In this document: in pieces, positions 19,455 through 30,772 of the stretch
How the letters are laid out: each line of letters begins with the position of its first letter
How positions within the stretch are numbered: position 1 is the first letter of the stretch
Assembly (NCBI GenBank): GCA_965214705.1
Contig: CBDCCI010000002.1
Location: forward strand, 64,001 to 128,000
Direction: 5' to 3'
Length of the DNA stretch: 64,000 nt
Source: Alphaproteobacteria bacterium
GTDB lineage: Bacteria > Pseudomonadota > Alphaproteobacteria > UBA828
Translations under genes and position numbers: made by a program
The notes under the pieces: model-generated
Told to the model about the DNA's origin: nothing
Seen by the model: the letters and a program-made list of their open reading frames with translations, nothing else
The model's database searches: none

Positions 19455-20453
19455 ATGAAGCGAGTTCTCTTGGGAACTACGGCACTCGTAGCTGCCGGTG
19501 CCTTCGCGGTCGGCGCAGCGGAAGCGGACGAGATGATGGCCGAGCCGATCAGCGTCGGCGTGGGCGGCTACTACACCACCGCTCTCGTCGCCCGGGACAT
19601 GGACGGTGCCATGGATGATCGCGGCCACGTCATCCAGCAGAACATGGAGATGCAGATCGCCGGCTCGTCTACCCTCGACAACGGCATCACTGTCGGCGTC
19701 AGGGTCCGCTTCACCGCCAACGACTACGAGCACAGCGACGAGCAGGAAGTCACCTTTAGCGGCGGCTTCGGCTCCCTGCACGTCGGCGCAATCGAGGGCG
19801 CCGCGCAGCAGACGGTCGTCTGGGCGCCAGGCGGGACCGTGCCGATCGGCGGCATCAAGTCGCCCTGGTTCGGCGGCATCGGCGGCATGTGGACGACGAA
19901 CGTCATCATGAACGAGGATGCGATCAAGGTTGTCTACTTCTCGCCGAGCTTTAACGGCATCTCTCTTGCCGCGAGCTACGCGCCTGAGAATACGACAGAT
20001 TCCTATGGCGGAACGGGCACTGCCGACCCGGGGCAGAACTCGGAGGGGGTCTCCGCCGCCCTTAGCTATTCGGTCGACGTCATGGGCGGCAGCTTCAGCG
20101 CCAATGTCGGCTACGAGGGCTACACGAACGAGGACGGCGGTGAGGATCCCTCGGGCTTGCGCTACGGGGCCTCGATCAGCATCGACCAGATCGCGCTCGG
20201 CGGCGCCGTGTACGATCAGGAAATCGGTGGTGTCACGACCTCGAAGTCCGATATCGGCGTGTCCTGGACCGACGGCCCCATGATGCTGGGTGTTCAGTAC
20301 GGCGACAACGAGTCCAACAACAGCAACATCGTGGCCTTCAATGCCAACTACAATCTCGGACCGGGAATCGATCTCGGGCTGCAGATCGGCGCGGGCGAGA
20401 GTGGCGCGAACGACTTCACTCAGCTCCTTCTGGGGACGATGCTCAACTTCTAA
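19455..20453 (+). CDS. Alphaproteobacterial-type porin
   Basis: MKRVLLGTTALVAAG signal, TLDNGITVG, YFSPSFNG, YNLGPGI, terminal Phe. Confidence 0.9.
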   Translation: MKRVLLGTTALVAAGAFAVGAAEADEMMAEPISVGVGGYYTTALVARDMDGAMDDRGHVIQQNMEMQIAGSSTLDNGITVGVRVRFTANDYEHSDEQEVTFSGGFGSLHVGAIEGAAQQTVVWAPGGTVPIGGIKSPWFGGIGGMWTTNVIMNEDAIKVVYFSPSFNGISLAASYAPENTTDSYGGTGTADPGQNSEGVSAALSYSVDVMGGSFSANVGYEGYTNEDGGEDPSGLRYGASISIDQIALGGAVYDQEIGGVTTSKSDIGVSWTDGPMMLGVQYGDNESNNSNIVAFNANYNLGPGIDLGLQIGAGESGANDFTQLLLGTMLNF

Positions 20454-20479
20454 TCTCGAGCATTGTCGTCAAGAGTGTG

Positions 20480-20509
20480 GGGAGCGGCTTCGGCCGCTCC
20501 CTTTTCTTT
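20480..20509 (+). terminator. Intrinsic terminator after the porin
   Basis: GGGAGCGGC-TTCG-GCCGCTCCC followed by TTTTCTTT. Confidence 0.9.
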
Positions 20510-20664
20510 GGGCGGATTCCAGCCGACCGCACGCGCGGCTGAGGCGATAGGACGGGAAAGCGGAGACGACTTGGATGCGTTCAATTCACACTGTATCTGT
20601 GCCGCTCCGGTCGCCTAGTAGGGCCTTGCCGGCGTAATAGGCGTCGGTCACCCTGCGCTGACCC

Positions 20665-21531
20665 ATGAGCGGTATCCTGTGGCTGGCCTCCTACCCCAAG
20701 TCGGGCAATACTTGGCTGCGTGCCTTCTTGCACAACCTGCTGCGGAATTCGCGCACGTCCTTCGACATCAACCGAATGTCCGAGTTGACGGCGGGCGACA
20801 GCCAAGCCCACTGGTACGGGCGTCTCGATCCCCGACCGCCGGCGGCGCTGGATGCGGAGGACCTCGCACGCCTCAGGCCCAGGGTGCACTCACTCATCGC
20901 GGAGAGAGCGCGCGATACCGTCATGGTCAAGACCCACAACGCCCTCGTCGAGGCCGATGGCGTGCCCATGATTACCCAGTCGCTCACGGCAGGGGCGATC
21001 TACGTCGTACGCAACCCGCTCGACGTGGTCGTCTCCTACGCCCACCACCTGGGCCAGCCGACGGACGACGTCATCACGCTCATGGAGACAAGGGGATTCC
21101 ATTCTCCCGCGACCGCGGACCAAGTGCCTGAGCACCACAGCGACTGGTCCACCCATGTCGAGAGTTGGACCGCCAGCTCGCATCCGCAGCTCCACGTCGT
21201 GCGCTACGAAGACATGAGCCGCCGGCCCGGCCCGACTTTTCGCGCCATTTCGGCCTTCCTCGGCCTCAAGCCGCCGCGCGAGCGCCTGGAGCGGGCGATG
21301 CGGCACTCGTCCTTCCGCTCACTGCGCGCGCAGGAAGACCGCACCGGCTTTATCGAGCGCACCCCGTCGCAGGACCGCTTCTTCCGGACCGGCAAGATGG
21401 GCGGCTGGCGGGAGGTGCTGGACGACGCGCAGGTCCGCCGCGTGGTAGAGCGTCACCGCACCCAAATGGAACGCTTCGGCTACTTGCCCTCCGGCTACGA
21501 GGGTACGCGCGAGCGCGATGCCGGCGGATGA
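20665..21531 (+). CDS. Sulfotransferase domain protein
   Basis: WLASYPKSGNTW (PAPS-binding loop), VKTH, VRNPLDVVVS, FFRTGKMGGW. Confidence 0.93.
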   Translation: MSGILWLASYPKSGNTWLRAFLHNLLRNSRTSFDINRMSELTAGDSQAHWYGRLDPRPPAALDAEDLARLRPRVHSLIAERARDTVMVKTHNALVEADGVPMITQSLTAGAIYVVRNPLDVVVSYAHHLGQPTDDVITLMETRGFHSPATADQVPEHHSDWSTHVESWTASSHPQLHVVRYEDMSRRPGPTFRAISAFLGLKPPRERLERAMRHSSFRSLRAQEDRTGFIERTPSQDRFFRTGKMGGWREVLDDAQVRRVVERHRTQMERFGYLPSGYEGTRERDAGG

Positions 21532-22514
21532 GAAAAGAGGCGGGCTGAGCGCTGCAAATGATTGTCCAAGGAGCATAGAATTTTGTCCACCGACACCAGA
21601 TGACGTGCTGTTCGCGTTGATACGATATCACGCATGTCGGTCATGCAAACTGAACGAGATCATTATCTTTTCGGGCATCGCCGCCACGGGCACACCGAAC
21701 CCCTATATTGAGCTTTCCGAATACAGCGCTCTTGCCATCGAAATTACTACGACACGTGGTTCGCATTCGTCGTCCCGGCAATCCTAGTCGATACGTGGTT
21801 TAGGAAACGGCCGCGGTCTCGGCAGAGTCCTGTTCCTCGGTGTTTCCGGAAAGCATATGCACGGCGTTAAGCGCGACGCCATCAGGTTCGATCTCGGGCT
21901 CCACGCTGGCGAGAAAGGCTATCGCTTCCTCTATGATCTCGGGCTCCATCCCCCGATGTCATGGCCGCCGGGGAGCCAGCAGTAAGGCGGATGGCGTGGA
22001 CAACCGGCGCGCACGCTTCCTCGGCGAAGCCTCCGTCTGCGAGAAGCTGTGCGGCCCTGAGCTTGTGATCGGCCACGGCCCGCGAGCGCCTGAGCCTGGA
22101 GCTGGCCTTCCTGCTCGTCCTTACCCTCTTGTTCTCCGGGCAGGGGGAAAATCGCTCTCTTTTTCCGTTGTCTCTGTCAGTAAAGGGATCAGCACGGACT
22201 GAGCCAGCTGCAGCATCGCCTCTTGAGTCGTGAGATCGATCGCCATGACCGCGCGCTCCGCAAGTCCTGGCAGACGTTTCTTTCTTCGCTAATCCCGATG
22301 GCCGGGAGGTCAATTGCAGCCAGATTCGCTCATTCCCTTGGTCTACAAGCACTTTTTCCCCGCACCCCTTCACCCAACTGCAAGATTTAGAGCGAACTCT
22401 TGCTCCGACGGTTCGTATCAACCGGCAATTGCTGTCTTGAGTGCCCCCCGGTTCCGCTATAGCGTGTGCCTCGAGAATGTAGTCATATACCTACATTCAT
22501 CGTGAAAGGTGGGC

Positions 22515-22769
22515 ATGAGCATCACAACCATCACCAGTCGAAAACTCAATCACAACATTGCACGCGCGAAGAAAGCCGCGAAGTCGGGGCCCGTTTTCAT
22601 AACCGACCGGGGCAAGCTGGCGCATGTGCTGCTCAGCATTGAGGACTACCGACGCCTTACAGGAAAGCGTCGCAGCATAGTGGAATCATTGTCCATGCCG
22701 GGATTGTCTGACATCGACCTGAAACCGCCGCGTCTGAACATCAATACTCCCGCCGCTAATCTTCCTTGA
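22515..22769 (+). CDS. Phd/YefM-family antitoxin
   Basis: AKKAAKSGPVFITDRGK..HVLLSIEDY; TGATG overlap with the toxin gene. Confidence 0.9.
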   Translation: MSITTITSRKLNHNIARAKKAAKSGPVFITDRGKLAHVLLSIEDYRRLTGKRRSIVESLSMPGLSDIDLKPPRLNINTPAANLP

Positions 22770-23191
22770 TGTTCCTACTGGACACGAACGTGTTGTCTGA
22801 ACTTCGCAAGGTTGGAGATGGCAGGGCTGACACGCGTGTGACCGCATGGGTCTCCAGACAGGACGCCGCGAACTTCTACATCTTTGCACTAACTCTTATG
22901 GAAATTGAGATCGGCATCCTGCGTGTTGAACGGCGTGACGCTGAACAGGAAGAACGGCTGCGGTCATGGATGGAGCGGCATGTCCTACCGGAGTTCCTGG
23001 AGCGCACGTTGCCGGTTGATTCTAATGTCGCCCTTACGTGTGCCCGGTTGCATGTGCCCGACCCACGGGGCGAACGAGACGCACTTATCGCCGCGACGGC
23101 CATCGTGCATGGGATGACAGTGGTTACCGGCAACTTGGTTGACTTCGAAGCAACCAGTGTGCCGCTGATTGATCCGTGGACCGAGCCATGA
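22769..23191 (+). CDS. vapC: VapC PIN-domain toxin
   Basis: FLLDTNVLSELRK, DALIAATAIVHGMTVVT, DF. Confidence 0.9.
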   Translation: MFLLDTNVLSELRKVGDGRADTRVTAWVSRQDAANFYIFALTLMEIEIGILRVERRDAEQEERLRSWMERHVLPEFLERTLPVDSNVALTCARLHVPDPRGERDALIAATAIVHGMTVVTGNLVDFEATSVPLIDPWTEP

Positions 23192-23468
23192 CTAGGCGCA
23201 TAGTGAGGCACGAAAGAAACAACGACTCTCCGCATAGGGCGGCGTGCCAGCGAAAGAACCGTTCCGGGCCGCGCTTGATCTCAACGGATTAATTCCTCGC
23301 TCAGCGCGCCAGAAGCAGGCGCTGGCCCGAGACGCGAGTCGTCATGGCTAGAGGCTCCCTCCACCCGATCGCGATTATCCCATCGTGGCTCAAGGCGCAT
23401 AGAAATTCTGACAGAGTTTGGACGTCCTCTACCTTTGGAAGCAAGAGAAAACGGCGGGTTTTCGCTTG

Positions 23469-24205
23469 GACCGCATCCGTTTTAGACGGAACCATATCCG
23501 ACGTTTCGGATGTAGTTTTGGCATTCGCTGGGCTCGATGGTGGCGATGAGGTGTCCGAGATGGCGCCAAGTGTCCTCAAAGTCGCGCTTCTGCGCGCTTC
23601 GCATCCAGTGCTTGATCTTGGCGAAGGCCTGCTCGATGGGATTGAGGTCGGGTGAGTAGGGCGGCAGGAACCAGAGGCGGGCACCGGTACTGCGGATGGC
23701 CTGGCGGACCGCCTTGCCTTTGTGGCTTGTGAGATTGTCGAGGATGACGATGTCGCCGGGCTTGAGGGTGGGGACGAGCTCTTGGTTGCCCCAGGCCTGG
23801 AAGCAGCGTGTGTTGATGGGGCCGTCGAAGACGCGAGGGGCACTGATCCCGTCTGCGCGCAGGGCGGCGAGGAAGGTCATGGTGCGCCAGTGGCCGTGAG
23901 GCGCATATCCCTTCAGGCGCTGCCCTCGCTGCGCCCAGCCCCTGAGCGGTGCCATGTTGGTCTTGATCCAGGTCTTGTCCACGAAGACCAGGCGGTCCGG
24001 GTCGAGGTGGCGCTTGAGCCCCTGCCAGCGCGCCGCCACTTGGCGGATCGGCTCGCCCGCCAGATGAGCCCGCACCACGCGCTCGCGAAGATCACTCGAA
24101 TAGGGTTGTGTCATCCATGCTGGCCTCCTTCACCAGTAGCCAGCTTGAATCACATTCCCTAACCAATGGGAATTCCTAACGATGCTCTCAATAACCGATA
24201 GGCTC
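23469..24205 (-). mobile_element. IS630-family element, internally deleted
   Basis: Same ends as 27722-37146; ORF 23482-24114 fuses QVAAR directly to WQGLKRH; DNL and PYSPDLNPIE motifs. Confidence 0.9.
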
Positions 24206-24370
24206 TAGAGTACCCTGATCCAGGTACGCGCGGGTCTCGCGGTCCCTGCAGGCGCGGCGGAATTCCCGGGCGTCGATGGCAACGGCGGTTAGCACTCCCA
24301 TCTGAATCGTGTGATCGGATCGCCGCGCGCTGCTCGCAACTGAGGGGGACGCAGAGTTGTCGAGCGAGCC

Positions 24371-27337
24371 TCACAAACGTTGGCGGAACGTGAAGTAGAT
24401 CGCGCGAAATCGATCGCGAGGATGATCGTGCAATTCAACCTTTATCCTGGAGTTCGGGGTGTCGCGAAGGTCAGCACCCAAGGTTCGCCGAACCGAGCTC
24501 TCGCCCTGATAGCGAACTAAGCCAACGTAGGGCCGCATCGCTCCGAAAAGAGGCCCACCCCACAGGCTGTAACCAGCCTCGCCCCGCAAACCGGCGTCGG
24601 ACGGCACTCCATCGCCGACAGACACGAGATGTGTGTCAAGCTCCAGCTCCAGACCGCGACGCGTCCCTTCGGGAGCAAAACGCACGCCGATGCCAAGGCC
24701 CCAGGCAGTCTGTTCGTAGCCACCGAGGCTAAACGAGCCCTCGGCACTTCCGATCAGGGTAAGGCGGGGATCGAATATGCCTTCCACGGACACGGAACCT
24801 TCTGCCTCCAGCTGACTGCCTTGGGGTCCATCTCCGGTCAAGCGCTTGTAGGCCACGGCTAGTGAAGGTGTGCCGGGGACCGGCGCACTCCACGCAAGGC
24901 CGGCGCGATAGTCGAGGCCGCGCATGGTGGGCAGTGACGACGAAATGCTGCCGCCACCCTCGATCTTCAAAGCAAATGACTCGATGCCGGCTTCGGCTTG
25001 AAGCTCTCCGGACAAGACATCGGCGACCGGAACGGAGGCGCCCACGTCATACGCGAGAAGGCTCACGTCGGAGCGCGACCAGGAGGGGAAGCCTAGGTCG
25101 TCGCGGTGGCGCAGGTGACCCAATCCGGCGCCTACCGACGCCCAGAGGTGCCCGCCCCAAGGAATGTGCCACGCAGCGAAGGGATGCACGGAGAGGATTT
25201 CGGTATTGTGCTCTCCGGCGAGATAGCCGCGTTCAAAGAGGTTCGCCCCTGCGCGGTAATCAAGATCGGAGTGGGTGAACGAGGCAACCAGTCCCGCCTG
25301 CCAAGAGCCGGCCCCCAGTTCCGCTCCAGTGCTCAGCGACCCGCTGGATCCGGTGTAGTTGAAGCTTTCGCTCTGCCCGGACAGCGAACCCATGGCAACA
25401 GCGGGTGAAATCGCGGAGAGTACGCGCGGGACGCCGGGCGACCAGCTGCGAACGCGATTCCGAACGGCAGTGTGGGCGACATCGACGGCGCGTCGCGCAT
25501 GAATGGGCGCGAGCGCGGTGTGGACGGGGTTGGAGACGATTTCGCTTTGAGCGGCGGAGCGCGGTGCCGGTGCGGTGGTGTCAGGACACCGATACTCTCG
25601 CACGCTTTCGTCCCAGTACGCGTCGTCGCGCACTTGAAGCTGGATGTGAACAAGGTGATCGGGCTCGAGGTCGCCAGAGGGGTCGGGACAGAAGCCACCG
25701 CCGGGATTGAACTGGACGTCCAGGCAGAGAGCGTCATCGGCATTCTCCGCGCTCACTCCCGCGGTGCCGACCAGATAGCGATATGTGTTGGGAGTGCCGA
25801 GGATTGGAACCGTAGACGGATGAATATACGTAAGTCGACGCGTGATCCGGTTGAATTCCAGGAAGGGAATGTGGGGGCGATCAAGCAGTTCGTAAACGTC
25901 TTGGCCGACTTCTCCACCATGCGCATGGGGCAATATAGCGACGTCTGTGGGAGTTCCGGGGTTGGGAAGTACGCAAGGCCCACCGGGCTCGACCGTACGC
26001 GTCCTGAAGCGCCACGCCTCCCCCAGATCGAGAGGGTCGACGATCAACGCGAAATCGCGCGAGACGCTGGCAGGAGTAAGAGCGCTGTCGGTCACCCGGT
26101 AGGTGCAATCCGGACCTCTATAGGCCTCCAGCGGTGAGCCGGACAGAGTGCGGGCGTCCTGGCTGAAGCGTAATCCGGAAGGGAGCTCGCATCCGAGAAT
26201 TTCGTAGGTGTAAGGCGCCACACCCCCCGTTGCGGGTGCGAAGGTCACCCTGGCGCGCCGCTCCATGGGGAGAGAGACGACGGCGCCTGGGGGGGAGGTG
26301 AGCACGAAATCCTGGGGAAGCGAGAGGGGGGTGACAGCGCGGCCTGACACCTCGACCTCGACGGCCCTTGAGGCCGTCACTGCGGGCTGCGAACTGTCCG
26401 TTGCGGTATAGGTGCACGAATCGCGGAAGCGAGCGTCCGGAGTTCCGGCGAACACACGGGTCTCCGGCGCGAAGCCCAACCCCGACGGCAGCTGCCCCCC
26501 GGCGCAGGTGAAGGAATAAGTATATGGCTCGACGCCGCCGGCAGCAGCCGGCAGCGCCGCGCCGTGATAGTTCCCGACGGTCAGGCTCAGCTTTTCCGGG
26601 GAGGGAAGCGAGAGGGTGGCGGCGCGGCTTGACACCTCGACCTCTACCGCCCTCGAGACCATCACTGCGGGCTGCGAACTGTCCGTAGCGGTATAGGTGC
26701 ACGAATCGCGGAAGCGGGCGTCCGGAGTGCCAGCGAACACGCGAGTCTCGGGCCCGAAGCCCATCCCGGATGGCAGCACACCTCCGATGCACGTGAAAGA
26801 ATACGTATACGGTGGACCGCCGCCAGCAGCAGCTGGGAGCTCTTCGCTGTGGAAAGTTCCGACAGCAAGATTTACCTTGCTGAGTTGCGGAAGTGAGAGG
26901 CTGTCAGCAGCTTTCGAGGAACCAACTACAAGGCGAAGCCCATGCGATAAAGCGCGCCTCCCAAAAATAGCAGAATCGGTAATGAGGTAAGTGCAGAAGA
27001 AAGTCCTACCATGATCTTCGACGGGAGCGGAGCCTGCAAGGATCCCCTGGTCGGAGAAGAGGGTCACCCAGTCAGGGCAGTCGTTGATACTTGACTTGAA
27101 CGGGGGGACACCGCCGGGAATACGAAATGGCAACTGATGCTCCACAGCGCCCCCTGGGGGAAACTCGAGCTGAAGCGTTCTGCTTTTCTCCTCCAGAGCC
27201 GAGACGGAAGGTTTGCCTGAGCCGCCGCAGGCAGCAAGCGCGAACGAGAGAGCGATGCAGGCAAAGGCGGCAATTCCGTGGTGTATCATCCGATCAAACC
27301 GACCGTTGGGGCACGCGGAATGCGGTTCCACGCTCAT
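24371..27337 (-). CDS. Putative Ig-repeat adhesin / autotransporter-like protein with lipobox
   Basis: ALAACGG; tandem GGxxPYTYS..LPSGxxF...GTP..YTATDS repeats of about 95 aa; beta-barrel-like C-terminus. Confidence 0.75.
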   Translation of the reverse strand: MSVEPHSACPNGRFDRMIHHGIAAFACIALSFALAACGGSGKPSVSALEEKSRTLQLEFPPGGAVEHQLPFRIPGGVPPFKSSINDCPDWVTLFSDQGILAGSAPVEDHGRTFFCTYLITDSAIFGRRALSHGLRLVVGSSKAADSLSLPQLSKVNLAVGTFHSEELPAAAGGGPPYTYSFTCIGGVLPSGMGFGPETRVFAGTPDARFRDSCTYTATDSSQPAVMVSRAVEVEVSSRAATLSLPSPEKLSLTVGNYHGAALPAAAGGVEPYTYSFTCAGGQLPSGLGFAPETRVFAGTPDARFRDSCTYTATDSSQPAVTASRAVEVEVSGRAVTPLSLPQDFVLTSPPGAVVSLPMERRARVTFAPATGGVAPYTYEILGCELPSGLRFSQDARTLSGSPLEAYRGPDCTYRVTDSALTPASVSRDFALIVDPLDLGEAWRFRTRTVEPGGPCVLPNPGTPTDVAILPHAHGGEVGQDVYELLDRPHIPFLEFNRITRRLTYIHPSTVPILGTPNTYRYLVGTAGVSAENADDALCLDVQFNPGGGFCPDPSGDLEPDHLVHIQLQVRDDAYWDESVREYRCPDTTAPAPRSAAQSEIVSNPVHTALAPIHARRAVDVAHTAVRNRVRSWSPGVPRVLSAISPAVAMGSLSGQSESFNYTGSSGSLSTGAELGAGSWQAGLVASFTHSDLDYRAGANLFERGYLAGEHNTEILSVHPFAAWHIPWGGHLWASVGAGLGHLRHRDDLGFPSWSRSDVSLLAYDVGASVPVADVLSGELQAEAGIESFALKIEGGGSISSSLPTMRGLDYRAGLAWSAPVPGTPSLAVAYKRLTGDGPQGSQLEAEGSVSVEGIFDPRLTLIGSAEGSFSLGGYEQTAWGLGIGVRFAPEGTRRGLELELDTHLVSVGDGVPSDAGLRGEAGYSLWGGPLFGAMRPYVGLVRYQGESSVRRTLGADLRDTPNSRIKVELHDHPRDRFRAIYFTFRQRL

Positions 27338-28748
27338 TCAGTGCCTCGGTGGTATCCTCGCTTGTCATCTTCAGCCCGCCAATCCTGCCGGTTTGACCGG
27401 TCAGAAAAGCTCTCCTCTCAACAAGACGCCCGTCAACTCTCGAGGATTGGCGAGATAATTCGAGACCGCTAATTGTCAAACTATTAGCGAATGCAGAACA
27501 TCATGATGGTGAAGGTGGAACAAGCTAAATTTTGTAATAGTGACTTTTAGAAAACTCCACAATTGAGAATTCAGAAACACAAATTTCTGAAAGGGTACGT
27601 CTCGGCGTCGTTTCTTGCAAACACCGGGGCCAACATTCTTTCTGTCGTACTTTCGGCGCTCGCTCTTCCCAGCACAACCCGACTGGCAAGCCCGCTGCGA
27701 TGTACCTCCTGCTGCGTCCTAGACCGCATCCGTTTTAGACGGAACCATATCCGGCGTTTCGGATGTAGTTCTGACATTCGCTTGGCTCGATGGTGGCGAT
27801 GAGGTGGCCGAGATGGCGCCAAGTGTCCTCGAAGTTGCGCTTCTGCGCGTTGCGCATCCAGTGCTTGATCTTGGCGAAGGTCTGCTCGGTGGGGTTTGAG
27901 GTCGGGTGAGTAGGGCGGCAGGAACCAGAGGCGGGCGCCGGTGCTGCGGATGGCCTGGCGGACCGCCTTGCCTTTGTGGCTTGTGAGATTGTCGAGGATG
28001 ACGATGTCGCCGGGCTTGAGGGTGGGGACGAGCTCTTGGTTGCCCCAGGCCTGGAAGCAGCGTGTGTTGATAGGGCCGTCGAAGACGCAAGGGGCGCTGA
28101 TCCCGTCTGTGCGCAGGGCGGCAAGGAAGGTCATAGTGCGCCAGTGGCCGTGAGGCGCATATCCCTTCAGGCGCTGGCCTCGCTGTGCCCAGCCCCTGAG
28201 CGGTGCCATGTTGGTCTTGATCCAGGTCTCGTCCACGAAGACCGGGTGGTCCGGGTCGAGGTGGCGCTTGAGCGCCTGCCAGCGTGCTCTCTTGCGGGCA
28301 ACGGCGGCGCGCGCCTGCTCAGTCACGAACTGCGGCGCGACAAACAAGATGAGGAGCGCCGAGCTAACTGGCGCAGGGGAGTCGGTGAGAGTCCGACGGG
28401 AAGGAAAGGCTAACCACTACTTCCACCGCGAGCCGTGCGGCGGCATCCGTGAGGGTGCGGTCGAAGCGTCGGTAGCGGCGCGTGTGGCCGGGATGATTGA
28501 GCATCGAAAATGTTATGGTCCGGAGTGCCGAGGTTTTCTCATCGGCCGAAGGCGACACCCGCAGGACCGCTCTGGTGAGGCACTGCGGGGCTCCGCGTTG
28601 TCTGAGGAATCCATGGACGCACGTACACCCCTGTGCCGGGACTCGGGAGGGCTTCGACTTGCCCCGGTGGTCGTACCGGGGCCGCGGAAGAAAGGAGGAT
28701 ATCCGAATCGAAGATGTACGAGTCGAAGCAATCTGATTCGGCCATAGT

Positions 28749-30772
28749 GTGTGCTGGGCAGCGCCCAGATCAGGTGGGTTCAAGTCCCACTGGCGCTCGG
28801 GTAAGGGGCGCCATATCCAAAAGTGGGGGTAATTCCTCACTGGCCGGAGTGAGCCGATAAGCGAAACTCTAAACGGGCACGAAGCCGGAAACGGCGGAGA
28901 CAGCCAAGGGAGGAGCTAAGTTGGTCCACTGTCGAAAGACAACCGGAAGGCAGGGTGTCCACCGCGAGGTGGAATCTGAAGGGCTTGCGGAGAAGTACCG
29001 GGCCGTAATCGAGGGGGCCACCCCATGATGAATCGGTCGGCCAAAGACGGGGCAAGGTCGAGCCGGCACTATGGCGGCGAAGGCGTTCTTACCCACCCGT
29101 CGCACCAAGGTGTTTGCGAGCGGCACGGTACGGAAGATCTGGACGTGACCCCAGGAGGGCTCGCCGCGTTCCCGGGTGGCACCGGGATAACGGACCCTAT
29201 AAGCCGAAAGGCGAAATGGGAAAGGATGCGCGGCGAGCAATCGGACAACCGAATAGTACCTGAAGCCCGGCGAAAGCCGGGTGACCGCGCGAGCGGCGGC
29301 CGTGTGGGCCGGGGAAGTCGGTTGGCAGAGGTGGTCGGCGAGAGACAGCGATGAGTGAGTAAGGACCATGACGCGGACAAGTTCCTTGAGCGAAAGACCC
29401 GGACATCATGGCCCGAGGAGACTCATCGACTGGATCAACCCGGCGGGTGACAGGAAGGTCCACTCACTGGTGGACAAGGTGTACAAGCGGAAGAACCTTG
29501 AGGTGGCCTGGGAAAAGGTGAAGCGCAACCGGGGTGCCGGTGGCGTGGACGGAGAGGATTTAGCGGCGTTCGAGGCATCGCTGGATGCAAATCTCGATCG
29601 CCTGCACCGGGAGTTGCGGGACGGTGAGTATCACCCGCAGCCGGTTCTCCAATGCCTGATCCCCAAGGCGGGCCAGCCGGGGAAGTTCCGCCCGCTCGGC
29701 ATCCCGACAATCTACGACCGGGTGTGCCAGCAGGCGCTGCTGAACCGGCTGGAACCGATCTTCGAGCCGGTGTTCGACGATGCCAACTACGGGTACCGGC
29801 AAGGAAGGTCTGCCCATGGAGCGTTACGCAAGATATGGAGGGAACTGGACGAGGGCAACGAGTGGGTTCTCGATGCGGATTTGAAAGACTTTTTCGGGTC
29901 CGTGGACCACGAAAAGCTCCTCGAACTCGTCAACCAGCGAGTCTCGGATGGCCGGGTATTAGGTCTGCTCAGGCAGATGCTCACGGCCGGGGTGGTGGCC
30001 GACGGTAAGAGGCTGCCGACCGAACAGGGCACTCCGCAGGGCGGCATCGTTTCACCGCTGCTCAGCAATATCTTGCTGACCCCGTTCGATTGGGAAATGC
30101 GTCGTCGCGGCTATCGACTAACGCGATACGCCGATGATTGGCTGATCACGTGCCGCACACGCGGGGAAGCCCGCGCAGCACTGGAGACGGCCAGGCGGAT
30201 TCTGGCAAAGCTGGGTGTGTCCCTCAACGCCGGGAAGACCCGCATTGTCCATGTCAGGCACGGGTTTGAGTTCCTCGGCTACAAGATCAAGCAGGGCGAG
30301 CGGCCTCTCCGGCTGTCGTCCTCCAAGATCAAGAGCGGGGTTCGCGGGGGAGCGCGCTACGCGGTTCCGCGTGAGAAATCCATCCGGCACTTCAAGGACC
30401 AGATTCGCCAGCGTACCCGGCGCAAGGCTCCTGTCAGCACGCAGGAGCTGATTGACGAGATCAACCCGATCATTCGGGGATGGGGCCAATACTATTGCAA
30501 GGCCCACGTCCGCGGGCTCTTCCACCAGCTTGACGGCTGGATCGTGCGGCGGCTCTGGTCGCATCGTCGCAAGCGCTGGCGCAACGCTGGCTGGAAACAG
30601 TTGCCGGAGCGCAAGCTGATCGACGAATACGGGCTTGTTCGCCTGATCTCACTGGTTCCGTCCTTGAACCTTCGTTGAGACACCTTTGTGAAAGCGGCTT
30701 ACGGGAAAACCGTACGGGCCGTTTGAGCGGCGGACGGAGGCTAGCCTCGCGGGGCGCCTCCTCCGACCCGAC
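28749..30772 (+). mobile_element. Inner group II intron
   Basis: 5' GTGTG, 3' CCCGAC; DV AAAGCGGCTTACGGGAAAACCGTACGGGCCGTTT; removal restores CATAGT|AGCGATGAAG in the outer intron. Confidence 0.9.
29368..30678 (+). CDS. ltrA: Group II intron reverse transcriptase/maturase (inner), no endonuclease domain
   Basis: GAGGVDG, RPLGIPTIYDR, GTPQGG, RYADD, FLGY, INPIIRGW. Confidence 0.95.
   Translation: MTRTSSLSERPGHHGPRRLIDWINPAGDRKVHSLVDKVYKRKNLEVAWEKVKRNRGAGGVDGEDLAAFEASLDANLDRLHRELRDGEYHPQPVLQCLIPKAGQPGKFRPLGIPTIYDRVCQQALLNRLEPIFEPVFDDANYGYRQGRSAHGALRKIWRELDEGNEWVLDADLKDFFGSVDHEKLLELVNQRVSDGRVLGLLRQMLTAGVVADGKRLPTEQGTPQGGIVSPLLSNILLTPFDWEMRRRGYRLTRYADDWLITCRTRGEARAALETARRILAKLGVSLNAGKTRIVHVRHGFEFLGYKIKQGERPLRLSSSKIKSGVRGGARYAVPREKSIRHFKDQIRQRTRRKAPVSTQELIDEINPIIRGWGQYYCKAHVRGLFHQLDGWIVRRLWSHRRKRWRNAGWKQLPERKLIDEYGLVRLISLVPSLNLR

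Noticed and set aside
21882-22300. HEPN-like fragment (HKLRAAQLLADGGFAEEA)
   Set aside because: Too short and degenerate to assign
26340-26900. Duplicated ~290-bp segments as DGR template/variable repeats
   Set aside because: They are in-frame Ig-like domain repeats within one gene, and the differences do not look adenine-specific
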